Source of the DNA: Desulfitobacterium sp.
GTDB taxonomy: Bacteria; Bacillota; Desulfitobacteriia; Desulfitobacteriales; Desulfitobacteriaceae
Length of the DNA stretch: 34,551 nt
Direction of reading: 5' to 3'
NCBI GenBank assembly: GCA_012799495.1
Contig: JAAZLD010000186.1
Location: 1-34,551 of the forward strand
This document shows positions 10,140 through 19,383 of the stretch, one piece after another (position 1 is the first letter of the stretch; the number at the start of each line of letters is the position of its first letter). A model generated the notes under the pieces. The model saw only the letters and a list, made by a program, of their open reading frames with translations, was not told where the DNA came from and did no database searches. Position numbers and translations under genes: made by a program.

Positions 10140-10784
10140 TCAGCATTCATTTCCTAGACAAAACTGCCCTGTTTTTCGGTCATAGATATAGACTTCACCA
10201 CTACCTATAATATAATACCAACCACCTAAAGCCAATTTTCCAGCAAATACTCGCTTATAAATATAGGGGTAAGTCATTAAATTCCCTAGTTGTTCCACCA
10301 CATTCATCTTTTCCATCATCCATGTTTTTACTTGCTGAGATTCCTCGGGATAGTCTTGTTGAATCCGATCTTTTACTGGCTGAATTAATTCCAACCATTT
10401 TTTTGTATGAGGTAAGACCTCCATCTCCTTTTCTGGCTCTAAAGAAGCAGCACACCCACCACAATGAGAATGGCCACATACAATGATATTTTCCACTCCC
10501 AGCACCTGCACACTATATTCAATGGCTGATGTAGTAGCGGCATATTCGGCGTTTTCACGATAAGGCGGAACAATATTAGCCACATTACGGATAATGAATA
10601 ACTCACCAGGTAAAGTTCCTGTAAGCATATTGGGATCAATTCGGGAGTCTGAGCAAGTAATAAAAAGTGTGTGGGGTTTTTGAGTATCTCTAAGCTCTTC
10701 GAAAAGTTGGCGATGCTTTTCATAATTTCCCCGTTTAAAATTCACGATCCCCTGTAATACCTTTTCCGTAATAACCAACTCCAT
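10140..10784 (-). CDS. Beta-class carbonic anhydrase
   Basis: ITCSDSR, RNVANIVP, AIEY and VCGHSHCGG zinc-ligand motifs. Confidence 0.93.
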   Translation of the reverse strand: MELVITEKVLQGIVNFKRGNYEKHRQLFEELRDTQKPHTLFITCSDSRIDPNMLTGTLPGELFIIRNVANIVPPYRENAEYAATTSAIEYSVQVLGVENIIVCGHSHCGGCAASLEPEKEMEVLPHTKKWLELIQPVKDRIQQDYPEESQQVKTWMMEKMNVVEQLGNLMTYPYIYKRVFAGKLALGGWYYIIGSGEVYIYDRKTGQFCLGNEC

Positions 10785-10811
10785 TTTTAATTTACTAGCC
10801 TATTTTACTAC

Positions 10812-10841
10812 AAAAAAAAGAAAGCGCCAATAAGGGCGCTT
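10812..10841 (-). terminator. Intrinsic terminator after the ABC substrate-binding gene
   Basis: aagcgcc/ggcgctt stem with a minus-strand U tract (A8 on plus). Confidence 0.8.
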
Positions 10842-10852
10842 AAATTTTTGTA

Positions 10853-11824
10853 TTAGTAGAGTTCACCGTATACAAAATCTCCGTAATTCACTTTATTTTG
10901 GAGTAATCCTTTACTCTCAAGCCATTCTAACACTGGCTCTACATCTTTTTCTTGGGGTAGCTGGGGTTCAGAATAATGTTGAACAGCGTAGATATCCACT
11001 ATACTTTCTGGAATATTGACATTGCTAACTAACAGATTTTTAAATTCATCAGGGTTATTATTTATAGCTTGAACTCCTTTTGTATAAGCACGATAGAAGC
11101 TAGTCAATGCTTCTTTTTTCTCATTGATGGTATTCTCTTGCAGGATCATCACAGATTGAGACAAGTTAGCACCTTGAGAATCATCGGCTATGATCTTTGC
11201 CCCCTGGGATACTACATAAGTAATCTGAGGATCTGGCACTACAATCGCATCGATCTGGCTATTTAATAACATCTCTACCCGTAAGGGGAGCTTGGCTACG
11301 GTAGTCTTCTCTACTTCACTAGGCTCTACCCCACCTGCCAAGAGAAGCTTATCAGTCACATATTCAATAATAGAATTGTTGGAAATACCGATACTCTTGC
11401 CCTTTAACTCCTGGATAGAAGAAATATCACTATTGGGAGAGGCTATTATAGCAAAACGCCCTTCTTCAGGTGTAGCCCCTAAGGCGATAGATGTTACTTT
11501 TAGATCCTCTCCAGAACTTTTCAATAAGGCAGCGATCATAATATCCGTAATCGCTCCATCCAGTTCTCCTGTTTGAAAAGCACTTTGAAGTTCTACAGGA
11601 CTCTGAAAAGTCACTAACTCTACTTCCACATTTTCTTCGGCAAAGTAGCCCTTTTCTTGAGCTACCAAAACTGGTAAGTTTTCCTCAATAGTCATAGATC
11701 CGATAAAAATTTTCTGAGAATCTTGGGGGCCTCCAGTTCCTGTATTATTACCTGAACTACATCCTACTGCCAGGAACAATACTAATAAAAAGATAGCTAA
11801 TTTCCCTAAGGAACCTCTCATCAT
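10853..11824 (-). CDS. ABC transporter substrate-binding lipoprotein, NitT/TauT (SsuA/NMT1/THI5-like)
   Basis: Lipobox LAVGC; VAQEKGYF, ELKGKSIGI and DAIVVPDP patterns. Confidence 0.88.
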   Translation of the reverse strand: MMRGSLGKLAIFLLVLFLAVGCSSGNNTGTGGPQDSQKIFIGSMTIEENLPVLVAQEKGYFAEENVEVELVTFQSPVELQSAFQTGELDGAITDIMIAALLKSSGEDLKVTSIALGATPEEGRFAIIASPNSDISSIQELKGKSIGISNNSIIEYVTDKLLLAGGVEPSEVEKTTVAKLPLRVEMLLNSQIDAIVVPDPQITYVVSQGAKIIADDSQGANLSQSVMILQENTINEKKEALTSFYRAYTKGVQAINNNPDEFKNLLVSNVNIPESIVDIYAVQHYSEPQLPQEKDVEPVLEWLESKGLLQNKVNYGDFVYGELY

Positions 11825-11852
11825 AGTATATCCCCCTCTTCCATAGAAATAA

Positions 11853-11866
11853 TGAACATATGTTCA
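11853..11866. promoter_or_regulatory. Putative TetR operator 2 (TGAACatatGTTCA)
   Basis: Perfect 14-bp palindrome sharing TGAAC-N4-GTTCA with the operator in front of tetR; lies just downstream of a -10 box. Confidence 0.7.
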
Positions 11867-11877
11867 CTTCTTGCTTT

Positions 11878-11906
11878 ATCATAACTCTTCTTCCATATTT
11901 AGTCAA
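11878..11906 (-). promoter_or_regulatory. Internal sigmaA promoter for the substrate-binding gene
   Basis: TTGACT-17 nt-TATGAT. Confidence 0.7.
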
Positions 11907-11975
11907 GAAAAAAGTCAGCCTTGAATAAAAATTAATAGCATCAAATTTCTTCAATGTTAGGGATTTGATTAAGGA

Positions 11976-12731
11976 TTAAGGATTAACCCAAGAACAGAAG
12001 ATCTTCTCACAAGTATCCAAAAGTAAATAAAGCAAAAATCCCATTAAACTCATAGCAATAATCCCGGCAAACATCTTGTCATAGGCTAAGCTACTCCAGG
12101 AATTCATAATAAAATACCCTATCCCCTCACGGGTTGCATAAGTCTCCACTAGAAATAACACTGCCATGGCCGTACCTAAACCTAGCTTGAGTGAAGTAAG
12201 AATATTAGGCAAACAGGCAGGAAAATACACATGACGGTATAATTCCCAGTTAGAGGCTTTTAGTGACTGGACAGAGAGGACATATTCATGTTGGACATTC
12301 CGTGCTGCATCCCGGGTAGTGACAAGAATCTGGTAAAAAACGATTAATGTTATCATGACGATCTTCGAAAGATTGCCAATCCCTAAGAGGATGAGGAATA
12401 TAGGAAGAAAGACCACTTTAGGGATTGGGAAAGTTAAGTAAAGAAAAGGTGCTGATAGTTCATCAGCCCGTTTGTTTTTCCCTAAAAACAAACCCAAGGG
12501 TATACCTAAAATAGCTGCTACGACTAGGCTTACTCCAACCCGATAAAGACTTATTTGTAAATGAGTAAGAATATCTGAATAAAGAAGAGTGGTAAAGGAT
12601 TTGAGAGCTTTTCCCGGAGGTGGAAAGGCCGTTGTTTGCAAGAGCATAGAGAGAATTTGCCAACCTAAGAGGATGAGGACAATAGTAATGATAGTATGTA
12701 AAAATTGATTAGTGATGTCTTTTAATCCCAT
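11976..12731 (-). CDS. ABC transporter permease, NitT/TauT family
   Basis: SLYRV...GIPLG, PIPKVVFLP and EAA-like loop followed by VYFPACLP. Confidence 0.9.
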   Translation of the reverse strand: MGLKDITNQFLHTIITIVLILLGWQILSMLLQTTAFPPPGKALKSFTTLLYSDILTHLQISLYRVGVSLVVAAILGIPLGLFLGKNKRADELSAPFLYLTFPIPKVVFLPIFLILLGIGNLSKIVMITLIVFYQILVTTRDAARNVQHEYVLSVQSLKASNWELYRHVYFPACLPNILTSLKLGLGTAMAVLFLVETYATREGIGYFIMNSWSSLAYDKMFAGIIAMSLMGFLLYLLLDTCEKIFCSWVNP

Positions 12732-12732
12732 G

Positions 12733-13524
12733 CTATTCCCTCCCTCTTAAATTTTGCCGCAGGTAGTTGGTCAACTCTAAAAATTCCACTTTCCCTCTGG
12801 CCTCATGATCTCCAGCCAGTGGATTAGTCAACTCTTCTAAGATGTTTCCGGGACATGGGGACATGGTGAAAATTTTATGTCCTAAAAATACTGCTTCTTC
12901 GATATTATGAGTTATCAGTAAAATAGTTAAGCCATTTTCCTGCCATACTTTTAGTACTAATTCCTGCATTTCTTCCCGGGTGAGGGCATCTAAAGAAGAA
13001 AAAGGTTCATCCATGAGCAAAAGTTCTGGTTTTAGAACTAAAGAACGGGCTATAGCTACTCTTTGCCTCTGACCACCACTTAATTGGATAGGAAAACGTT
13101 TTCTTAATTGAAGAAGTCCTAACTGAGTAAGGATTTCTTCTGTCCGCTCTGCTGCCTCCCCTTTAGAAACACCTTTAATTTGTAGTCCCAATCTGACATT
13201 ATCCCAAACAGTTTTCCAAGGTAATAGACCGTATTCCTGAAGTATCAAGGCTACCTCGTTACTCTCCTGGGGAGTTTTCCCGTTAAGAAAGACTTTTCCC
13301 TCATAACTTGGGTTAAGACCAGCAACTACATTCAAAAGAGTGCTTTTCCCACAACCTGAGGGACCAATAATCGCCCCAATACTTGCCTCAGGTAAGGTTA
13401 AGTTCACATTTTCTAAAGCTAGAGTTTCTTGTCCTCTTTGGTTATAGGTAACCTTAAGGGATTCTATTTCTAGATAATCCTTTGGTTCTCTTATTTTTTC
13501 CGTTTCTAAATCTATCTTATTCAT
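12733..13524 (-). CDS. ABC transporter ATP-binding protein, NitT/TauT family
   Basis: GPSGCGKS, LLPW, LSGGQRQR, LLMDEPFSSLD, ITH. Confidence 0.93.
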   Translation of the reverse strand: MNKIDLETEKIREPKDYLEIESLKVTYNQRGQETLALENVNLTLPEASIGAIIGPSGCGKSTLLNVVAGLNPSYEGKVFLNGKTPQESNEVALILQEYGLLPWKTVWDNVRLGLQIKGVSKGEAAERTEEILTQLGLLQLRKRFPIQLSGGQRQRVAIARSLVLKPELLLMDEPFSSLDALTREEMQELVLKVWQENGLTILLITHNIEEAVFLGHKIFTMSPCPGNILEELTNPLAGDHEARGKVEFLELTNYLRQNLRGRE

Positions 13525-13527
13525 TTG

Positions 13528-14139
13528 CTACTTTCTTCCTATTCCTCTCATGTTATATTCCATTAAAGTCTGATAAGCTAATTCCAAATCCTCTGGTTCC
13601 CCTTTACCAACCCAAGATAAAATTACTTGACGAAAAGTCCCTACAAAAGCCGTGGCTGTCACCTGGGTATCCTGCTGGGGAATAGCTCCTTCCTCTATAA
13701 GTTCATCTAAATCGATCTTAGTTAAGCGGATTAAATCTGCTTCAATATCTGCATATTTGGTATTTAAAGTGGAATTCAGTTGAGGAAACTGTTCCAGAAG
13801 TATTTTTGCTAGGTATTTTTCCTTCAAGAAAAGGCGAATACAGACTTCCATAGAGGCTTGGAGTTTATCAAAATTATTGGTGTAGGTAGAGCGAGCCTCT
13901 TTGATTTTATCTAGAAGCTCCTCATAGATTTCTTTGACTATCATATCTAACAAGGATTCCTTATCAGCAAAATAAAGATAAAAGGTTCCTGTAGCAATTC
14001 CTGCTCGCTTAGCGATGGAGCGGACTGAAACCTTGCCGATCTCTTCCTTTTCTAATAGGATTTCCTTTGCTGCTTTGATTATCCTCTTCCGCCGCAAGGC
14101 TTGTTTTTCTAATACTTTTTCTGTTTTGTTATAGGCCAT
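13528..14139 (-). CDS. TetR/AcrR family transcriptional regulator
   Basis: SVRSIAKRAGIATGTFYLYFADKESL HTH. Start moved to ATG 14139 (GGAGA RBS); the track ATG at 14169 lies inside the operator. Confidence 0.9.
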   Translation of the reverse strand: MAYNKTEKVLEKQALRRKRIIKAAKEILLEKEEIGKVSVRSIAKRAGIATGTFYLYFADKESLLDMIVKEIYEELLDKIKEARSTYTNNFDKLQASMEVCIRLFLKEKYLAKILLEQFPQLNSTLNTKYADIEADLIRLTKIDLDELIEEGAIPQQDTQVTATAFVGTFRQVILSWVGKGEPEDLELAYQTLMEYNMRGIGRK

Positions 14140-14164
14140 AGCTAGCAATCTCCAATCAAAAAAA

Positions 14165-14196
14165 TCCATGAACTGAACTTAAGTTCAGTCCATGGA
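14165..14196. promoter_or_regulatory. Putative TetR operator 1 (32-bp near-perfect palindrome)
   Basis: tccatgaactgaactt|aagttcagtccatgga with one mismatched pair; overlaps the predicted +1. Confidence 0.8.
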
Positions 14197-14199
14197 CAA

Positions 14200-14228
14200 A
14201 TTGTACTCTTGTTTATTTCCTCAGTCAA
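14200..14228 (-). promoter_or_regulatory. sigmaA promoter of the tetR-ABC operon
   Basis: TTGACT-17 nt-TACAAT. Confidence 0.75.
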
Positions 14229-14300
14229 GGGGTAGCTTGGCAGGATTTTCTTCCTCTACGTCCAAATTAGATATATGGAATAGATAGAGGAGGAACAGTA

Positions 14301-15176
14301 ATGATTTATGAAGGTGATATTTTCCGACCCCCTAGTGAGGCTTCTAGTCTGATTTTACAGATCACTATCGGATGTCGTCACAATCAATGTACTTTTTGTA
14401 GTATGTATAAGGGGAAAACTTTTCGGGTCCGGCCCAAAGGAGAAATTAAACATATTATCGCCATGGGGGCCCAAGAATACCCCCATACTAAACGGATCTT
14501 TTTAGCAGATGGAGACGCTCTTGCCTGTGATACTGAGCTTCTCAGTGAGGTACTAAAGGATCTGTATAATAGTTTCCCTCGATTAGAGCGTGTTGGAGTT
14601 TATGGTGGACCCAAAGATATTCTGGAAAAATCTTCGGATGAGTTAATTCATCTAAAAGAACAAGGATTAGGTATTATATATTTAGGAGTGGAAAGTGGCA
14701 GCGCTCAAATTCTCAAAGATGTTAATAAAGGTGTAACACCTGAGGAAATGATCGCCGCGGGCCAGAAAGCTATGGCTAGTGGTATTAAGCTCTCCTGTAC
14801 CATTATCATAGGGCTAGGCGGTAAAGAACTAATGACTGAACATGCTAAGGAAACAGCTAGAGTCATGAATGCTATCGATCCTCATTATCTAGGAGCATTA
14901 ACCTTGATGCTTGCCCCAGGGGCTCCTTTAGCTAAGAAGGCCTCCAGTGGAGATTTTACTATGCTTAATACTTGGGAAACCTTAGAAGAACTTTATCTCA
15001 TGATCCAAAATTTCCAACTCAGTGATTGTGTTTTTAGAAGTAATCATGCTTCCAACTATCTCCCTCTCCGGGCACATTTTCCCGATGAAAAAGAGACTCT
15101 CTTAAGAACCCTGAAAGAAGTAATAGAGAACCAGCGCCAGGATGTTCTAAGACCGGAGTTTTATCGGGGTTTGTAA
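14301..15176 (+). CDS. Radical SAM protein of unknown function
   Basis: CRHNQCTFC (CxxxCxxC), FLADGD, YLGVESG, FRSNHASNYL; GAGGAGG RBS. Confidence 0.9.
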   Translation: MIYEGDIFRPPSEASSLILQITIGCRHNQCTFCSMYKGKTFRVRPKGEIKHIIAMGAQEYPHTKRIFLADGDALACDTELLSEVLKDLYNSFPRLERVGVYGGPKDILEKSSDELIHLKEQGLGIIYLGVESGSAQILKDVNKGVTPEEMIAAGQKAMASGIKLSCTIIIGLGGKELMTEHAKETARVMNAIDPHYLGALTLMLAPGAPLAKKASSGDFTMLNTWETLEELYLMIQNFQLSDCVFRSNHASNYLPLRAHFPDEKETLLRTLKEVIENQRQDVLRPEFYRGL

Positions 15177-15220
15177 TGAGCTATTTTGTAATGGGCTATT
15201 AGAGTTAAAAATTTCTGAGC

Positions 15221-16072
15221 TTAAACTAACCCCAACCGTTTAATTAAGTAAGGTATAGCCCTTTCAAATACAGGTCCATATTTACGATCTTTATTCTCCT
15301 TGACTGTGTAGTTAATACATTCCAAAGTATAATCAACTGCAATCTGAGTAGCTTCTTGTAAAGGAAAGTTATTTAACAAGGCAGAAAGTAAAGAGCTTCC
15401 AAAGACATCCCCAGTACCATGAAAATATCCTTCTACTCTTTTATTAAAAGCATATTCAATAGTGTTAGTCTCCCGATCATAGCATGCTGCACCTAAGAGT
15501 TCAGGATCAAAGGAAACACCAGTAAGAACTACTTTTTTAGGGCCCATTTCTCCTAATTTTCTTAATGTGTTTTCAATATATTCCCGAGAATAATTTTCCC
15601 CGATATATTCCTCTCCCAACATAAAAGCTGCTTCAGTAAGATTAGGGACCACTAGATCTGCCTGGGAGGATAATTTAGCCATTCCTTTGGCCATTTCCAT
15701 AGTATAGACAGAATATAAAACACCATTGTCAGCCATGACTGGATCAACCATGACAAGGGTGTTTTCTTTTTTAAAAGTGTTAAAGAGATCCGCAACCAAA
15801 TCTATTTGTTCAAATGAACCTAAAAATCCACTATATAAAGCATCTACTTGGAGATCTAAAGATTGCCAATGTTTAGATATGGGCTCTATATCTTCAGTAA
15901 GATCCCGATAAGTATATCCTTCAAAGCCCCCTGTATGGGTTGATAGGATTGCTGTGGGTAGGACACTGGTTTCGATTCCTGCTGCTGAAATAATCGGTAG
16001 CGCAACAGTTAAAGAACATCTACCTACACAAGAAATATCGTGAATTGCTACTACTCTTTTTTGCCTTTCCAT
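15221..16072 (-). CDS. pdxK: Pyridoxal/pyridoxamine kinase (ribokinase fold)
   Basis: IHDISCVGRCS, LSTHTGG, YSGFLGS, VDPVMAD, PNLTEA, HGTGDVF. Confidence 0.85.
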   Translation of the reverse strand: MERQKRVVAIHDISCVGRCSLTVALPIISAAGIETSVLPTAILSTHTGGFEGYTYRDLTEDIEPISKHWQSLDLQVDALYSGFLGSFEQIDLVADLFNTFKKENTLVMVDPVMADNGVLYSVYTMEMAKGMAKLSSQADLVVPNLTEAAFMLGEEYIGENYSREYIENTLRKLGEMGPKKVVLTGVSFDPELLGAACYDRETNTIEYAFNKRVEGYFHGTGDVFGSSLLSALLNNFPLQEATQIAVDYTLECINYTVKENKDRKYGPVFERAIPYLIKRLGLV

Positions 16073-16189
16073 TTTACCAATCTCCTCAAAAAAATAATTT
16101 AACTCCTAAAGTTGATATAGCTGTTATTATAGTCCTCTTCTTTCCATATGAAAAGGCTTCCAAAAGATTTTACCTAGAACAGAATCATT

Positions 16190-16981
16190 TTAGGAATGGT
16201 TGTGTTGTTTGCTTTTTGGCTTGTTTTTGATGTAATAGTGGATAATATTAGGATTGCTAGTTTTACGAGGTTGGATTTCAAATTGTTTTAGGGAAGATAT
16301 TAGGGGAGTTAACTTAGTATGTCCATAATTACGAGTATCAAAATCCGGATAACGCTTATTTAACCTTTTCCCTACTTCGCCTAAGAAAGCCCAACCATCT
16401 TCGTCAGAGCTTTCTGTAACAATAATCCTTATGGTGCGAATCAATTCATCTAAGGTGGCCATCCCATCCTTTGGTTCATATTTAGCATTTTTACCTTGAA
16501 TATTATTCTCCAGGGAGGCAGAGTTCACTCCTGCTAAAACTTCTAAGTACTTAAACTTTTCACAGGCTGCAATAAAGGGTGTAGGGGTCTTTTTTTCTCC
16601 CATCCCTATAACATACATCCCGGCTTCTCGTAACCGGGCAGCTAGACGAGTGAAATCACTATCACTTGAAACAATGCAGAAACCATCCACGTTGTTTGAA
16701 TACAAAATATCCATAGCATCGATGATTAAGGCTGCATCAGTAGCATTCTTCCCTGTAGTATAACTATATTGTTGAATGGGAGTAATTGAATAGTTTAAGA
16801 GAACGTTTTTCCAGGCTCCTAATTGGGGCTTAGTCCAATCTCCATAAATCCTTTTGTAAGTTGGAATCCCATGGTTGGACACTTCATCGAGAATAGGTTT
16901 GATATATTTCTCCGATACATTATCGGCATCAATCAAAACCGCTATTTTCTTTTCATTATCTAATCGTTTATCATTCTCCAT
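16190..16981 (-). CDS. NYN (LabA/DUF88 PIN-like) domain protein with C-terminal OST-HTH/LOTUS domain
   Basis: IAVLIDADN, RIYGDW, GKNATD, IDAMD, SSDSDF; C-terminal GWAFLGEVG...FDTRNYG. Confidence 0.9.
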   Translation of the reverse strand: MENDKRLDNEKKIAVLIDADNVSEKYIKPILDEVSNHGIPTYKRIYGDWTKPQLGAWKNVLLNYSITPIQQYSYTTGKNATDAALIIDAMDILYSNNVDGFCIVSSDSDFTRLAARLREAGMYVIGMGEKKTPTPFIAACEKFKYLEVLAGVNSASLENNIQGKNAKYEPKDGMATLDELIRTIRIIVTESSDEDGWAFLGEVGKRLNKRYPDFDTRNYGHTKLTPLISSLKQFEIQPRKTSNPNIIHYYIKNKPKSKQHNHS

Positions 16982-17175
16982 TCCATATCCCCTTCATTTT
17001 GTAAATTTAGCCCATTATGTAATGATGCCCCACTCCTATTACCCTAGTATAAAGGATGTTCTTTTTACTTACAAGATCTTGCCAAAGGGTAGAACGGTTC
17101 ACTAATGGTACTAGGACGTCTTGAGTTTCATGCCTATCTTGGTTTAGATAAAAAACTGATCCCCAATCGTTACAT

Positions 17176-17235
17176 GCCAAGGGGACAGGTCAAATGGTAC
17201 GTTCGAAAACGTGCCATTTGACCTGTCCCCTTGGC
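17176..17235. repeat. 60-nt REP-like palindrome (28-bp arms, GGGGACAGG/CCTGTCCCC core)
   Basis: gccaaggggacaggtcaaatggtacgtt-cgaa-aacgtgccatttgacctgtccccttggc, one T/G mismatch, no U tract. Confidence 0.85.
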
Positions 17236-17269
17236 TCACTAGATCTCCTATGACTGGTCTTCTTTTATC

Positions 17270-18622
17270 CTATTTTGCTTTTAAAGGTATTGCCTGCTTA
17301 GGCTTTCTTCTTAATTCATAGAAAAGAAAACTTGCTGTAATCATAATGGCTAAAGCATCCGCTATAGGTGCTGTTATCCATACTCCCTGGATTCCAAAAT
17401 ATCTAGGTAGGATTAAGAGTAAAGGAATGAAAAGAAGTACCTGACGAGAAAGGCTTAGAATCGTGGACTGTACTGGTTTTCCGATGGCTTGGAAGAAGTT
17501 GGCGCCAATAATTTGGAAGCCAACAACTGGCAAAAGGGCTAGGAAGGTTAGGAGTGCAGGTACTGTTAATTCTGTCAATGCTATATCATTTTTACTAAAG
17601 AGTCCCACAATCGGTTCGGCAAAGAGCCAAAGGATAATATAACCTGTTGTAGCAATGGCTGTTCCTACCATAATGGCCTTTCTTAAGGTTTCTTTTACCC
17701 TTCCCAGATCACCTGCTCCGTAATTATAGCCGATAATCGGTTGGGCACCCTGGCTTACACCTACGATAGGCATCATTAGAAGCATCGCCACACTCATAAT
17801 GATTCCTGCAGCTGCTAGAGCTAAGTCGCCACCGTAATGCATTAGGTTCTTATTGAGAATTGTTTGTTGAATACTATTGGCAATCTGCATAGCAAAAGGT
17901 GCAAAACCAATAGAAAGAGTTCTAAGAACGATAGGGAACTGGGGCTTGAGATTAGATATCTTGAGCTTTATTCTACTACGTCCTAGGAGGAAGTGGGATA
18001 ATACCCAGGACGCTGAGACTACTTGGGAAATAATAGTAGCAATGGCAGCACCTTTGATTCCCCAACCAAAAGAGAAGATAAAGAAATAGTGTAGTATAAT
18101 ATTTACAACAGCACCAATAATTTGGGTCATCATAGCAATCCGAGGATTTCCTTCAGCACGTATAAAGTTATTTAGACCAAAGGAAATAGATCCAAAAACT
18201 GAACCTAGCATAATGATACTGATGTAATCTTTAGCATAAGGTAATACTTCATTCTTAGCACCAAAAAACATTAGGATAGGATCAGAAAAGGCAAAATAAA
18301 TTAAAGATAAGGTTAATGGAAGAAGGATCAATAGGGTTAAGGCATTGCCTGCGATCTTTTCCACTTCATCCAAGCGCTTCTCCCCTAAACGAATGGAGAT
18401 CAAAGCTGTTGCTCCTATCCCAATCAACATTGCTACAGCAAAGAGTAAAGTCATAATAGGAAAGGCGACAGTTACGGCAGCGACAGCAATATAACCTATA
18501 CCTTGTCCAACAAAGATACGGCTAATAATATTATAAAGGGCGTTCACCAACATGCCGATAATAGCAGGTAAGGAAAACTCCCATAGCAATTTTCCGATTT
18601 TTTCATTTCGCAAACTATGCAT
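17270..18622 (-). CDS. MATE family efflux transporter (MepA-like)
   Basis: FSLPAIIGMLVNALYNI, FIRAEGNP, QGAQPIIGYNYGA, FFQAIGK; about 12 hydrophobic segments. Confidence 0.92.
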   Translation of the reverse strand: MHSLRNEKIGKLLWEFSLPAIIGMLVNALYNIISRIFVGQGIGYIAVAAVTVAFPIMTLLFAVAMLIGIGATALISIRLGEKRLDEVEKIAGNALTLLILLPLTLSLIYFAFSDPILMFFGAKNEVLPYAKDYISIIMLGSVFGSISFGLNNFIRAEGNPRIAMMTQIIGAVVNIILHYFFIFSFGWGIKGAAIATIISQVVSASWVLSHFLLGRSRIKLKISNLKPQFPIVLRTLSIGFAPFAMQIANSIQQTILNKNLMHYGGDLALAAAGIIMSVAMLLMMPIVGVSQGAQPIIGYNYGAGDLGRVKETLRKAIMVGTAIATTGYIILWLFAEPIVGLFSKNDIALTELTVPALLTFLALLPVVGFQIIGANFFQAIGKPVQSTILSLSRQVLLFIPLLLILPRYFGIQGVWITAPIADALAIMITASFLFYELRRKPKQAIPLKAK

Positions 18623-18728
18623 AAATTCACTTCTTTCGTATACATTTATCGATTAATACTTTGATCTAAATTTTCCTAGGCGAGACAATACTTAAACTAA
18701 ATACCTCTATATGTTTTCATAACTATCC

Positions 18729-19175
18729 CTATAATTTCTTTAGAAAATCTACAGATTTTTCTAAATTAGAGCGAAACTCTTTGACCTCTTCCCGTTCAAA
18801 TCTCTCTAGATATTCTGACATTTTATCAATATAAAAATCGATAATCCTAACCATTTCCTCTTGTCCTTTCGGACTTAAGGAAATTAGTTGTTTACGACGA
18901 TCATTAGGGTCGTTAGATCTAATAACCATCTCCCTTTCAACCAAATTATCGATAAGTGACGTTAAACTACCTTTTTCAATATCTAAGGCTTTGCTTATTT
19001 CCGTCAAGGTCAAAGTTTTCTCGATAAAAAGAATATTGATAATCTTAAAATGGTTTTTTTTGAGATTGGAATGAGGCGCCAACTCGCTTCTAAAGGGCTG
19101 AACAAACTTCTCGTGAAATAATCCCATAAAAGTCATCATATGTTTATAAATAATTTTACTATCTTCTGTAATCAT
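18729..19175 (-). CDS. MarR family transcriptional regulator
   Basis: LTEISKALDIEKGSLTSLIDNLV...DPNDRRKQLISLSPKG. Confidence 0.92.
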   Translation of the reverse strand: MITEDSKIIYKHMMTFMGLFHEKFVQPFRSELAPHSNLKKNHFKIINILFIEKTLTLTEISKALDIEKGSLTSLIDNLVEREMVIRSNDPNDRRKQLISLSPKGQEEMVRIIDFYIDKMSEYLERFEREEVKEFRSNLEKSVDFLKKL

Positions 19176-19224
19176 GATCCTCCCCAGGTTCTAAAATATT
19201 TGAACTATTAGATAGTTAGAATAC

Positions 19225-19248
19225 TTATTGTTAGTTTTCTAACAATAA
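19225..19248. promoter_or_regulatory. Putative MarR operator
   Basis: Perfect ttattgttag-N4-ctaacaataa between the promoter and the marR RBS. Confidence 0.7.
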
Positions 19249-19264
19249 AATTTTATACTTATTT

Positions 19265-19293
19265 AGTATAAGCAAATTTTCCTAGATAATCAA
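19265..19293 (-). promoter_or_regulatory. sigmaA promoter of marR-MATE
   Basis: TTGATT-17 nt-TATACT. Confidence 0.6.
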
Positions 19294-19324
19294 GAGTGAA
19301 TTTGGATAACAGATATAATGAAAG

Positions 19325-19352
19325 CAGGATACCGATTTTCACTGGTATCCTG
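19325..19352 (-). terminator. Hairpin/terminator after the enoyl-CoA hydratase gene
   Basis: caggatacc/ggtatcctg stem; weak U tract. Confidence 0.6.
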
Positions 19353-19383
19353 ATTCTTCACAAATCTCTATGATATTCTACTT

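Noticed and set aside
14240-14267. sigmaH-like promoter (gcaggatttt...aaat) before the radical SAM gene
   Set aside because: The -10 element is AAAT instead of GAAT, too weak to call.
14301-15176. Radical SAM protein as a RiPP maturase for the Cys-rich peptides
   Set aside because: No SPASM/twitch Cys cluster or RRE, it is more than 10 kb away, and the peptides show CxxC metal-site spacing rather than leader-core structure.
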